This document shows positions 12,701-26,100 of a stretch of 35,876 bases of DNA, piece by piece. Source of the stretch: Utricularia gibba (Eukaryota; Plantae; Magnoliophyta); contig NEEC01000298.1 in the NCBI GenBank assembly GCA_002189035.1, positions 1 through 35,876 on the forward strand, read 5' to 3'. Both the position numbers and the translations under genes were made by a program. The notes beneath the pieces are model-generated. The model did no database searches, was not told the DNA's origin, and saw nothing but the letters and a program-made list of their open reading frames with translations. Every line of letters begins with the position of its first letter. Within the stretch, counting starts at the first letter, position 1.

Positions 12701-15700
12701 TCGCACACCGTTCGGCATTCGTCGATATCTTGAAGATCAAGATGAGTCACGCTGCGCCCGGCATACCGTTTCGAACCCTTTCCGTGCCGGTCAGCTTCCG
12801 TGTTGAAAGCATCTTCGTCCGAGGATGCATCAGAGCTCGAATTATCGCCTTATATTAGCCTTCAGATGTGCCACAAATTGGCCACCACGTTCGCGACGAT
12901 GCGACTCGGAACACGAGAATCGACGCGATTGTGATTTTCGCCTTGCAAAACATCTGCGTTTTATTGGGTGACGTGAAGTATGGGTTTTCGAGGCGATCTC
13001 TGAAAGCTCTGGTGTGTCCTACCCGCAGCCTCATGGTGGCCTCGCACACCGTTCGGCATTCGGCGATATCTGAAATGTGATGAGTCACGCTGCGCCCGGC
13101 ATACCGTTTCGAACCCTTTCCGTGCCGGTCAGCTTCCGTGTTGAAAGCTTCGTCGAGCTCGAATTATCGCCTTATATTAGCCTTCAGATGTGCCACAAAT
13201 TGGCCACCACGTTCGCGACGATGCGACTCGGAACACGAGAATCGACGCGATTGTGATTTTCGGCTTGCAAAAGATCTGCGTTTTATTGGATGACGTGAAG
13301 TATGGGTTTTCGAGGCGATCTCTGAACAAGCTCTGGGTGTGTCCCTACCCGCAGCCTCATGGTGGCCTCGCACACCGTTCGGTATTCGTCGATATCTGAA
13401 AGTGATGAGTCACGCTGCGCCGGCATACCGTTTCGAACCCCTTTCCGTGCCGGTCAGCTTCCGTGTTGAAAGCATCTTCGTCCGAGGATGCATCAGAGCT
13501 CGAATTATCGCCTTATATTAGCCTTCAGATGTGCCACAAATTGGCCACCACGTTCGCGACGATGCGACTCGGAACAGAATCGACGCGATTGTGATTTTCG
13601 CCTTGCAAAACATCTGTTTTATTGGGTGACGTGAAGTATGGGTTTTCGAGGCGATCTCTGAACAAGCTCTAGGTGTGTTCCTACCCGCAGCCTCATGGTG
13701 GCCTCGCACACCGTTCGGCATTCGTCGATATCTTGAAGATCATGATGAGTCACGCTGCGCCCGGCATACCGTTCGAACCCTTTCCGTGCCGGTCAGCTTC
13801 CGTGTTGAAAGCTTCTTCGTCCGAGGATGCATCAGAGCTCGAATTATCGCCTTATATTAGCCTTCAGATGTGCCACAAATTGGCCACCACGTTCGCGACG
13901 ATGCGGAACACGAGAATCGACGCGATTGTGATTTTCGCTTGCAAAACATCTGCGTTTTATTGGATGACGTGAAGTATGGGTTTTCGAGCGATCTCTGAAC
14001 AAGCTCTGGGTGTGTCCCTACCCGCAGCCTCATGGTGGCCTCGCACACCGTTCGGTATTCGGCGATATCTGAAAACCGTGATGAGTCACGCTGCGCCGGC
14101 ATACGTTTCGAACCCCTTTCCGTGCCGGTCAGCTTCCGTGTTGAAAGCATCTTCGTCCGAGGATGCATCAGAGCTCGAATTATCGCCTTATATTAGCCTT
14201 CAGATGTGCCACAAATTGGCCACCACGTTCGCGACGATGCGACTCGGAACACGAGAATCGACGCGATTGTGATTTTCGGCTTGCAAAACATCTGCGTTTT
14301 ATTGGGTGACGTGAAGTATGGGTTTTCGAGGCGATCTCTGAACAAGCTCTGGGTGTGTCCTACCGCAGCCTCATGGTGGCCTCGCACACCGTTCGGCATT
14401 CGTCGATATCTTGAAGATCAAGATGAGTCACGCTGCGCCCGGCATACCGTTTCGAACCCCTTTCCGTGCCGGTCAGCTTCCGTGTTGAAAGCATCTTCGT
14501 CCGAGGATGCATCAGAGCTCGAATTATCGCCTTATATTAGCCTTCAGATGTGCCACAAATTGGCCACCACGTTCGCGACGATGCGACTCGGAACACGAGA
14601 ATCGACGCGATTGTGATTTTCGCCTTGCAAAACATCTGCGTTTTATTGGGTGATGACGTGAAGTATGGGTTTTTCGAGGCGATCTCTGAACAAGCTCTGG
14701 GTGTGTCCCTACCCGCAGCCTCATGGTGGCCTCGCACACCGTTCGGTATTCGTCGATATCTGAAATCAAGATGAGTCACGCTGCGCCGGCATACCGTTTC
14801 GAACCCTTTCCGTGCCGGTCAGCTTCCGTGTTGAAAGCATCTTCGTCCGAGGATGCATCAGAGCTCGAATTATCGCCTTATATTAGCCTTCAGATGTGCC
14901 ACAAATTGGCCACCACGTTCGCGACGATGCGACTCGGAACACGAGAATCGACGCGATTGTGATTTTCGCTTGCAAAACATCTGCGTTTTATTGGATGACG
15001 TGAAGTATGGGTTTTCGAGGCGATCTCTGAACAAGCTCTGGGTGTGTCCCTACCCGCAGCCTCATGGTGGCCTCGCACACCGTTCGGTATTTCGGCGATA
15101 TCCTGAAATGATGAGTCACGCTGCGCCGGCATACCGTTTCGAACCCCTTTCCGTGCCGGTCAGCTTCCGTGTTGAAAGCATCTTCGTCCGAGGATGCATC
15201 AGAGCTCGAATTATCGCCTTATATTAGCCTTCAGATGTGCCACAAATTGGCCACCACGTTCGCGACGATGCGACTCGGAACACGAGAATCGACGCGATTG
15301 TGATTTTCGCTTGCAAAACATCTGCGTTTTATTGGGTGACGTGAAGTATGGGTTTTCGAGGCGATCTCTGAACAAGCTCTAGGTGTGTTCCTACCGCGCC
15401 TCATGGTGGCCTCGCACACGTCGGCATTTCGTCGATATCTTGAAGATCAAGATGAGTCACGCTGCGCCCGGCATACCGTTTCGAACCCTTTCCGTGCCGG
15501 TCAGCTTCCGTGTTGAAAGCTTCTTCGTCCGAGGATGCATCAGAGCTCGAATTATCGCCTTATCTTAGCCTTCAGATGTGCCACAAATTGGCCACCACGT
15601 TCGCGACGATGAGTTTCGGAACACGAGAATCGACGCGATTGTGATTTTCGGCTTGCAAAAGATCTGCGTTTTATTGGATGACGTGAAGTATGGGTTTTCG

Positions 15701-18700
15701 AGCGATCTCTGAACAAGCTCTGGGTGTGTCCTACCCGCAGCCTCATGGTGGCCTCGCACACCGTTCGGTATTTCGGCGATATCCTGAAAACCGTGATGAG
15801 TCACGCTGCGCTCGGCATACCGTTTCGAACCCTTTCCGTGCCGGTCAGCTTCCGTGTTGAAAGCATCTTCGTCCGAGGATGCGAGCTCGAATTATCGCCT
15901 TATATTAGCCTTCAGATGTGCCAAAATTGGCCACCACGTTCGCGACGATGCGACTCGGAACACGAGAATCGACGCGATTGTGATTTTCGCTTGCAAAACA
16001 TCTGCGTTTTATTGGGTGACGTGAAGTATGGGTTTTCGAGGCGATCTCTGAACAAGCTCTGGTGTGTTCCTACCCGCAGCCTCATGGTGGCCTCGCACCG
16101 TTCGGCATCTCGTCGATATCTGAAGATCAAGATGAGTCACGCTGCGCCCGGCAGTTTCGAAGCCCGTTGTGCCGGTCAGCTTCCGTGTTGAAAGCATCTT
16201 CGTCCGAGGATGCATCAGAGCTCGAATTATCGCCTTATATTAGCCTTCAGATGTGCCACAAATTGGCCACCACGTTCGCGACGATGCGACTCGGAACACG
16301 AGAATCGACGCGATTGTGATTTTCGCCTTGCAAAACATCTGCGTTTTATTGGGTGACGTGAAGTATGGGTTTTCGAGGCGATCTCTGAACAAGCTCTGGT
16401 GTGTCCTACCCGCAGCCTCATGGTGGCCTCGCACACCGTTCGGTATTCGTCGATATCTTGAAATCCGTGATGAGTCACGCTGCGCTTACGTTTCGAACCC
16501 CTTTCGTGCCGGTCAGCTCCCGTGTTGAAAGCATTTCGTCCGAGGATGCATCAGAGCTCGAATTATCGCCTTATATTAGCCTTCAGATGTGCCACAAATT
16601 GGCCACCACGTTCGCGACGATGCGTTTCGGAACACGAGAATCGACGCGATTGTGATTTTCGCTTGCAAAAATCTGCGTTTTATTGGATGACGTGAAGTAT
16701 GGGTTTTCGAGCGATCTCTGAACAAGCTCTGGGTGTGTCCCTACCCGCAGCCTCATGGTGGCCTCGCACACCGTTCGGTATTCGGCGATATCCTGAAAAT
16801 GTGATGAGTCACGCTGCGCCGGCATACCGTTTCGAACCTTTCCGTGCCGGTCAGCTTCCGTGTTGAAAGCATCTTCGTCCGAGGATGCATCAGAGCTCGA
16901 ATTATCGCCTTATATTAGCCTTCAGATGTGCCACAAATTGGCCACCACGTTCGCGACGATGCGACTCGGAACACGAGAATCGACGCGATTGTGATTTTCG
17001 CCTTGCAAAACATCTGCGTTTTATTGGTGACGTGAAGTATGGGTTTTCGAGCGATCTCTGAACAAGCTCTAGGTGTGTTCCTACCCGCAGCCTCATGGTG
17101 GCCTCGCACACCGTTCGGTATTCGTCGATATCTTGAAATGATGAGTCACGCTGCGCCCCATACCGTTTCGAACCCCTTTCCGTGCCGGTCAGCTTCCGTG
17201 TTGAAAGCATCTTCGTCCGAGGATGCATCAGAGCTCGAATTATCGCCTTATATTAGCCTTCAGATGTGCCACAAATTGGCCACCACGTTCGCGACGATGA
17301 CTCGGAACACGAGAATCGACGCGATTGTGATTTTCGCTTGCAAAACATCTGCGTTTTATTGGGTGACGTGAAGTATGGGTTTTCGAGGCGATCTCTGAAC
17401 AAGCTCTGGGTGTGTCCCTACCCGCAGCCTCATGGTGGCCTCGCACACCGTTCGGTATTTATCTTGAAAAAGATGAGTCACGCTGCGCCGGCATACCGTT
17501 TCGAACCCCTTCCGTGCCGGTCAGCTTCCGTGTTGAAAGCCGTCCGAGGATGCATCAGAGCTCGAATTATCGCCTTATATAGCCTTCAGATGTGCCACAA
17601 ATTGGCCACCACGTTCGCGACGATGCGTTTCGGAACACGAGAATCGACGCGATTGTGATTTTCGCCTTGCAAAAATCTGCGTTTTATTGGATGACGTGAA
17701 GTATGGGTTTTCGAGCGATCTCTGAACAAGCTCTGGGTGTGTCCTACCCGCAGCCTCATGGTGGCCTCGCACACCGTTCGGTATTTCGGCGATATCCTGA
17801 AAAGTGATGAGTCACGCTGCGCCGGCATACCGTTTCGAACCCCTTTCCGTGCCGGTCAGCTTCCGTGTTGAAAGCATCTTCGTCCGAGGATGCATCAGAG
17901 CTCGAATTATCGCCTTATATTAGCCTTCAGATGTGCCACAAATTGGCCACCACGTTCGCGACGATGCGACTCGGAACACGAGAATCGACGCGATTGTGAT
18001 TTTCGGCTTGCAAAACATCTGCGTTTTATTGGGTGACGTGAAGTATGGGTTTTCGAGGCGATCTCTGAACAAGCTCTGGTGTGTCCTACCCGCAGCCTCA
18101 TGGTGGCCTCGCACACCGTTCGGTATTTCGATATCTTGAAAAGATGAGTCACGCTGCGCCCGGCATACCGTTTCGAACCCGTTCCGTGCCGGTCAGCTTC
18201 CGTGTTGAAAGCATCTTCGTCCGAGGATGCATCAGAGCTCGAATTATCGCCTTATATTAGCCTTCAGATGTGCCACAAATTGGCCACCACGTTCGCGACG
18301 ATGCGACTCGGAACACGAGAATCGACGCGATTGTGATTTTCGCTTGCAAAACATCTGTTTTATTGGGTGACGTGAAGTATGGGTTTTCGAGCGATCTCTG
18401 AACAAGCTCTGGTGTGTCCTACCCGCAGCCTCATGGTGGCCTCGCACACCGTTCGGTATTCGTCGATATCTTGAAATCAAATGAGTCACGCTGCGCCGGC
18501 ATACCGTTTCGAACCCTTTCCGTGCCGGTCAGCTTCCGTTTGAAAGCATCTTCGTCCGAGGATGCATCAGAGCTCGAATTATCGCCTTATATTAGCCTTC
18601 AGATGTGCCACAAATTGGCCACCACGTTCGCGACGATGCGACTCGGAACACGAGAATCGACGCGATTGTGATTTTCGCCTTGCAAAACATCTGCGTTTTA

Positions 18701-21700
18701 TTGGGTGACGTGAAGTATGGGTTTTCGAGGCGATCTCTGAACAAGCTCTGGTGTGTCCTACCCGCAGCCTCATGGTGGCCTCGCACACCGTTCGGCATCT
18801 CGTCGATATCTTGAAGATCAAGATGAGTCACGCTGCGCCCGGCATACCGTTTCGAACCCTTCCGTGCCGGTCAGCTTCCGTGTTGAAAGCTCTTCGTCCG
18901 AGGATGCATCAGAGCTCGAATTATCGCCTTATTAGCCTTCAGATGTGCCACAAATTGGCCACCACGTTCGCGACGATGCTCGGAACACGAGAATCGACGC
19001 GATTGTGATTTTCGCCTTGCAAAACATCTGCGTTTTATTGGGTGACGTGAAGTATGGGTTTTCGAGGCGATCTCTGAACAAGCTCTGGGTGTGTCCCCCG
19101 CAGCCTCATGGTGGCCTCGCACACCGTTCGGCATTCGATCCTGAAAATGAGTCTCGTTTCGAACCCCTTCCGTGCCGGTCAGCTTCCGTGTTGAAAGCTT
19201 CTTCGTCCGAGGATGCATCAGAGCTCGAATTATCGCCTTATATTAGCCTTCAGATGTGCCACAAATTGGCCACCACGTTCGCGACGATGCGACTCGGAAC
19301 ACGAGAATCGACGCGATTGTGATTTTCGGCTTGCAAAATCTGCGTTTTATTGGATGACGTGAAGTATGGGTTTTCGAGCGATCTCTGAACAAGCTCTGGG
19401 TGTGTCCCTACCCGCAGCCTCATGGTGGCCTCGCACACCGTTCGGTATTCGGCGATATCTGAAAGTGATGAGTCACGCTGCGCCGGCATACCGTTTCGAA
19501 CCCTTTCCGTGCCGGTCAGCTTCCGTGTTGAAAGCATCTTCGTCCGAGGATGCATCAGAGCTCGAATTATCGCCTTATATTAGCCTTCAGATGTGCCACA
19601 AATTGGCCACCACGTTCGCGACGATGCGACTCGGAACACGAGAATCGACGCGATTGTGATTTTCGCCTTGCAAAACATCTGCGTTTTATTGGGTGACGTG
19701 AAGTATGGGTTTTCGAGCGATCTCTGAACAAGCTCTGGTGTGTTCCTACCCGCAGCCTCATGGTGGCCTCGCACACCGTTCGGCATTCGTCGATATCTTG
19801 AAGATCATGATGAGTCACGCTGCGCCCGCATACCGTTTCGAACCCTTTCCGTGCCGGTCAGCTTCCGTGTTGAAAGCTTCTTCGTCCGAGGATGCATCAG
19901 AGCTCGAATTATCGCCTTATATTAGCCTTCAGATGTGCCACAAATTGGCCACCACGTTCGCGACGATGACTCGGAACACGAGAATCGACGCGATTGTGAT
20001 TTTCGCCTTGCAAAACATCTGCGTTTTATTGGGTGACGTGAAGTATGGGTTTTCGAGGCGATCTCTGAACAAGCTCTGGTGTGTTCCTACCCGCAGCCTC
20101 ATGGTGGCCTCGCACACCGTTCGGCATTCGTCGATATCTTGAAATCAAGATGAGTCACGCTGCGCCCGGCATACCGTTTCGAACCCCTTTCCGTGCCGGT
20201 CAGCTTCCGTGTTGAAAGCATCTTCGTCCGAGGATGCATCAAGCTCGAATTATCGCCTTATATAGCCTTCAGATGTGCCACAAATTGCCACCACGTTCGC
20301 GACGATGACTCGGAACACGAGAATCGACGCGATTGTGATTTTCGCTTGCAAAACATCTGCGTTTTATTGGGTGACGTGAAGTATGGGTTTTCGAGGCGAT
20401 CTCTGAACAAGCTCTGGTGTGTCCTACCCGCAGCCTCATGGTGGCCTCGCACACCGTTCGGCATTCGTCGATATCTTGAAATCAATGAGTCACGCTGCGC
20501 CGGCATACCGTTTCGAACCCTTTCCGTGCCGGTCAGCTTCCGTGTTGAAAGCATCTTCGTCCGAGGATGCATCAGAGCTCGAATTATCGCCTTATAGCCT
20601 TCAGATGTGCCACAAATTGGCCACCACGTTCGCGACGATGCGACTCGGAACACGAGAATCGACGCGATTGTGATTTTCGCCTTGCAAAACATCTGCGTTT
20701 TATTGGGTGACGTGAAGTATGGGTTTTCGAGGCGATCTCTGAACAAGCTCTGGGTGTGTCCCTACCCGCAGCCTCATGGTGGCCTCGCACACCGTTCGGC
20801 ATCTCGTCGATATCTGAAGATCAAGATGAGTCACGCTGCGCACCGTTTCGAACCCGTTCCGTGCCGGTCAGCTTCCGTGTTGAAAGCTTCTTCGTCCGAG
20901 GATGCATCAGAGCTCGAATTATCGCCTTATATTAGCCTTCAGATGTGCCACAAATTGGCCACCACGTTCGCGACGATGAGTTTCGGAACACGAGAATCGA
21001 CGCGATTGTGATTTTCGCTTGCAAAACTGCGTTTTATTGGATGACGTGAAGTATGGGTTTTCGATGCGATCTCTGAACAAGCTCTGGGTGTGTCCCTACC
21101 CGCAGCCTCATGGTGGCCTCGCACACCGTTCGGTATTTCGGCGATATCCTGAAACCGTGATGAGTCACGCTGCGCCGGCATACCGTTTCGAACCCCTTTC
21201 CGTGCCGGTCAGCTTCCGTGTTGAAAGCATCTTCGTCCGAGGATGCATCAGAGCTCGAATTATCGCCTTATATTAGCCTTCAGATGTGCCACAAATTGGC
21301 CACCACGTTCGCGACGATGCGACTCGGAACACGAGAATCGACGCGATTGTGATTTTCGCCTTGCAAACATCTGCGTTTTATTGGTGACGTGAAGTATGGG
21401 TTTTCGAGGCGATCTCTGAACAAGCTCTGGTGTGTCCTACCCGCAGCCTCATGGTGGCCTCGCACACCGTTCGGCATCTCGTCGATATCTGAAATCTGAT
21501 GAGTCACGCTGCGCCCGGCATACCGTTTCGAACCCTTTCCGTGCCGGTCAGCTTCCGTGTTGAAAGCTTCTTCGTCCGAGGATGCATCAGAGCTCGAATT
21601 ATCGCCTTATATTAGCCTTCAGATGTGCCACAAATTGGCCACCACGTTCGCGACGATGCGACTCGGAACACGAGAATCGACGCGATTGTGATTTTCGCCT

Positions 21701-23199
21701 TGCAAAACATCTGCGTTTTATTGGTGACGTGAAGTATGGGTTTTCGAGGCGATCTCTGAACAAGCTCTGGTGTGTCCTACCCGCAGCCTCATGGTGGCCT
21801 CGCACACCGTTCGGCATTCGTCGATATCTTGAAAAATGAGTCACGCTGCGCCGGCATACCGTTTCGAACCCCTTTCCGTGCCGGTCAGCTTCCGTGTTGA
21901 AAGCATCTTCGTCCGAGGATGCATCAGAGCTCGAATTATCGCCTTATATTAGCCTTCAGATGTGCCACAAATTGGCCACCACGTTCGCGACGATGCGACT
22001 CGGAACACGAGAATCGACGCGATTGTGATTTTCGCCTTGCAAAACATCTGCGTTTTATTGGGTGACGTGAAGTATGGGTTTTCGAGGCGATCTCTGAACA
22101 AGCTCTGGGTGTGTCCCCTACCCGCAGCCTCATGGTGGCCTCGCACACCGTTCGGCATTCGTCGATATCTTGAAGATCAAGATGAGTCACGCTGCGCCCG
22201 GCATACCGTTTCGAACCCCTTCCGTGCCGGTCAGCTTCCGTGTTGAAAGCATCTTCGTCCGAGGATGCATCAGAGCTCGAATTATCGCCTTATATTAGCC
22301 TTCAGATGTGCCACAAATTGCCACCACGTTCGCGACGATGCGACTCGGAACACGAGAATCGACATCGATTGTGATTTTCGCCTTGCAAAACATCTGCGTT
22401 TTATTGGGTGACGTGAAGTATGGGTTTTCGAGGCGATCTCTGAACAAGCTCTGGTGTGTCCTACCCGCAGCCTCATGGTGGCCTCGCACACCGTTCGGTA
22501 TTCGGCGATATCCTGAAAATGATGAGTCACGCTGCGCCCGGCATACCGTTTCGAACCCCTTTCCGTGCCGGTCAGCTTCCGTGTTGAAAGCATCTTCGTC
22601 CGAGGATGCATCAGAGCTCGAATTATCGCCTTATATTAGCCTTCAGATGTGCCACAAATTGGCCACCACGTTCGCGACGATGCGACTCGGAACACGAGAA
22701 TCGACGCGATTGTGATTTTCGCCTTGCAAAACATCTGCGTTTTATTGGGTGACGTGAAGTATGGGTTTTCGAGGCGATCTCTGAACAAGCTCTGGGTGTG
22801 TCCCTACCCGCAGCCTCATGGTGGCCTCGCACACCGTTCGGCATCTCGTCGATATCTTGAAGATCTGATGAGTCACGCTGCGCCCGGCATACCGTTTCGA
22901 ACCCTTTCCGTGCCGGTCAGCTTCCGTGTTGAAAGCATCTTCGTCCGAGGATGCATCAGAGCTCGAATTATCGCCTTATATTAGCCTTCAGATGTGCCAC
23001 AAATTGGCCACCACGTTCGACGATGCGACTCGGAACGAGAATCGACGCGATTGTGATTTTCGCCTTGCAAAACATCTGCGTTTTATTGGGTGACGTGAAG
23101 TATGGGTTTTCGAGGCGATCTCTGAACAAGCTCTGGTGTGTTCCTACCCGCAGCCTCATGGTGGCCTCGCACACCGTTCGGCATTTCGGATATCTTGAA

Positions 23200-26100
23200 G
23201 ATCAAGTTATGAGTATATGCGCCCGGCATGTGCCACAAATTGGCCACCACGTTCGCGACGATGCGAACTCTTTCACGCCGTCGAGCGCGATTGTGTGATT
23301 TTCGCATTGCGTCCGAACATGCATGCGTTTTAGCTCGACGTGATCGCCTTATATTAGCCTTCAGATGTGCCACAAATTGGCCACACGTTCGCGACGATGC
23401 GACTCGGAACACGAGAATCGACGCGATTGTGATTTTCGCCTTGCAAAAATCTGCGTTTTATTGGTGACGTGAAGTATGGGTTTTCGAGGCGATCTCTGAA
23501 CAAGCTCTGGTGTGTCCCTACCCGCAGCCTCATGGTGGCCTCGCACACCGTTCGGCATATCTCGCGCGATATTTCGAACCCTTGAAAAGATCAAGATGAG
23601 TCACGCTGCGCCGGCATACCGACTCGGAACACGAGAATCGACGCGATTGTGATTTTCGCTTGCAAAACATCTGCGTTTTATTGGGTGACGTGAAGTATGG
23701 GTTTTCGAGGCGATCTCTGAACAAGCTCTGGTGTGTTCCTACCCGCAGCCTCATGGTGGCCTCGCACACCGTTCGGCATTCGTCGATATCTGAAATCAAG
23801 ATGAGTCACGCTGCGCCCGGCATACCGTTTCGAACCCTTTCCGTGCCGGTCAGCTTCCGTGTTGAAAGCATCTTCGTCCGAGGATGCATCAGAGCTCGAA
23901 TTATCGCCTTATTAGCCTTCAGATGTGCCACAAATTGGCCACCACGTTCGCGACGATGCGACTCGGAACACGAGAATCGACGCGATTGTGATTTTCGCTT
24001 GCAAAACATCTGCGTTTTATTGGTGACGTGAAGTATGGGTTTTCGAGGCGATCTCTGAACAAGCTCTGGTGTGTCCCTACCGCAGCCTCATGGTGGCCTC
24101 GCACACCGTTCGGTATTCGTCGATATCTTGAAATCGATGAGTCACGCTGCGCCGGCATACCGTTTCGAACCCTGATTTGTCGTCCTTCAGAGCAAAACAT
24201 CTGCGTTTTATTTTGGTGAAAACGTTTTATTGGGTGACGTGAAGTATGGGTTTTCGAGGCGATCTCTGAACAAGCTCTGGGTGTGTCCCTACCTCATGGT
24301 GGCCCGCAGTTCCGGCGATCATGAGTGCTGCGCTCCGTTTCACAGCCGTGTTGAAAGCATCTTCGGCATCTCGAATCGATATCTTGATGTGCCAGATCAC
24401 GATGCGATGAGAGAATCGACGCGATTGTGATTTTCGCTTGCAAAACATCTGCGTTTTATTGGGTGACGTGAAGTACCGATTTCAAGACCCGCACCTCCTT
24501 TCGGCGGCGATATCTTGAAATCGATGAGTCACGCTGCGCCCGGCATACCGTTTCGAGCTTCCGTGTTGAAAGCTCTTCGTCCGAGGATGCATCAGAGCTC
24601 GAATTATCGCCTATATTAGCCTTCAGATGTGCCACAAATTGGCCACCACGTTCGCGACGATCGGAACACGAGAATCGACGCGATTGTGATTTTCGCTTGC
24701 AAAACATCTGCGTTTTATTGGATGACGTGAAGTATGGGTTTTCGAGCGATCTCTGAACAAGCTCTGGTGTGTCCTACCCGCAGCTCATGGTGGCCTCGCA
24801 CACCGTTCGGTATTCGGCGATATCTGGCCACCACGTTCGCGACGATGCATCAGTTTCGGAACACGACCACGACGATCGACGCGATTGTGATTTTCGCCTT
24901 GCAAAACATCTGCGTTTTATTGGATGACGTGAAGTATGGGTTTTCGAGGCGATCTCTGAACAAGCTCTATTGGCATGACGTTCGAAGTCCGATGGTCACG
25001 CTTTTTCGAGTGCCGGTCAGCTTCCGTGTTGAAAGCATCTTCGTCCGAGGATGCATCAGAGCTCGAATTATCGCCTTATATTAGCCTTCAGATGTGCCAC
25101 AAATTGGCCACCACGTTCGCGACGATGCGACTCGGAACACGAGAATCGACGCGATTGTGATTTTCGCCTTGCAAAACATCTGCGTGGGTGACCTCGCAAG
25201 CACCCGTCATCGGTATCTCGTCGATATCTTGATGATCTGATAAACGTGAGCTGAGCATCACGCTGAATTATCGCCTTATATTAGCCTTCAGATGTGCCAC
25301 AAATTGGCCACCACGTTCGCGACGATGCGAACACCGACGCGATTTCGGCGCAAAAGATCTGCCGTGTCAGCGATTCCAAGCTCTGTTGTCCCTACCCGCA
25401 GCCTCATGGTGGCCTCGCACACCGTTCGGTATCGTATCCGAGTGATGCACGCTGCGCCGGCATACCGAGTGCTCAGAATTATCGAGCTCGAATTATCGCC
25501 TTATAGCCTTCAGATGTGCCACAAATTGGCCACCACGTTCGCGACGATGCGACTCGGAACACGAGAATCGACGCGATTGTGATTTTCGCTTGCAAAACAT
25601 CTGCAAAACTCTGCGCCCGGCATACGTTTCGAACCCCTTTTTCGAGTGCCGGTCAGCTTCCGTGTTGAAAGCATCTTCGTCCGAGGATGCATCAGAGCTC
25701 GAATTATCGCCTTATATTAGCCTTCAGATGTGCCACAAATTGGCCACCACGTTCGCGACGATGCGACTCGGAACACGAGAATCGACGCGATTGTGATTTT
25801 CGCCTTGCAAAACATCTGGTTTTATTGGTGACGTGAAGTATGGGTTTTCGAGGCGATCTCTGAACAAGCTCTAGGTGTGTTCCTACCCGCAGCCTCATGG
25901 TGGCCTCGCACACCGTTCGGCATTCTCGTATCGAAAAATGATGAGTCAAGAGCTCAAGATGAGTCGTTTCGCTGCCCCCCGGCATCCGTGCGTTCAGCTT
26001 CGAACCCGTTGAAAGCGTCTTCGTCCGCAGGATGCATAAGCATCGATTTTCGTCCGAGGATATTAGAGCTCGAATTATCGCCTATATTAGCCTTCAGATG

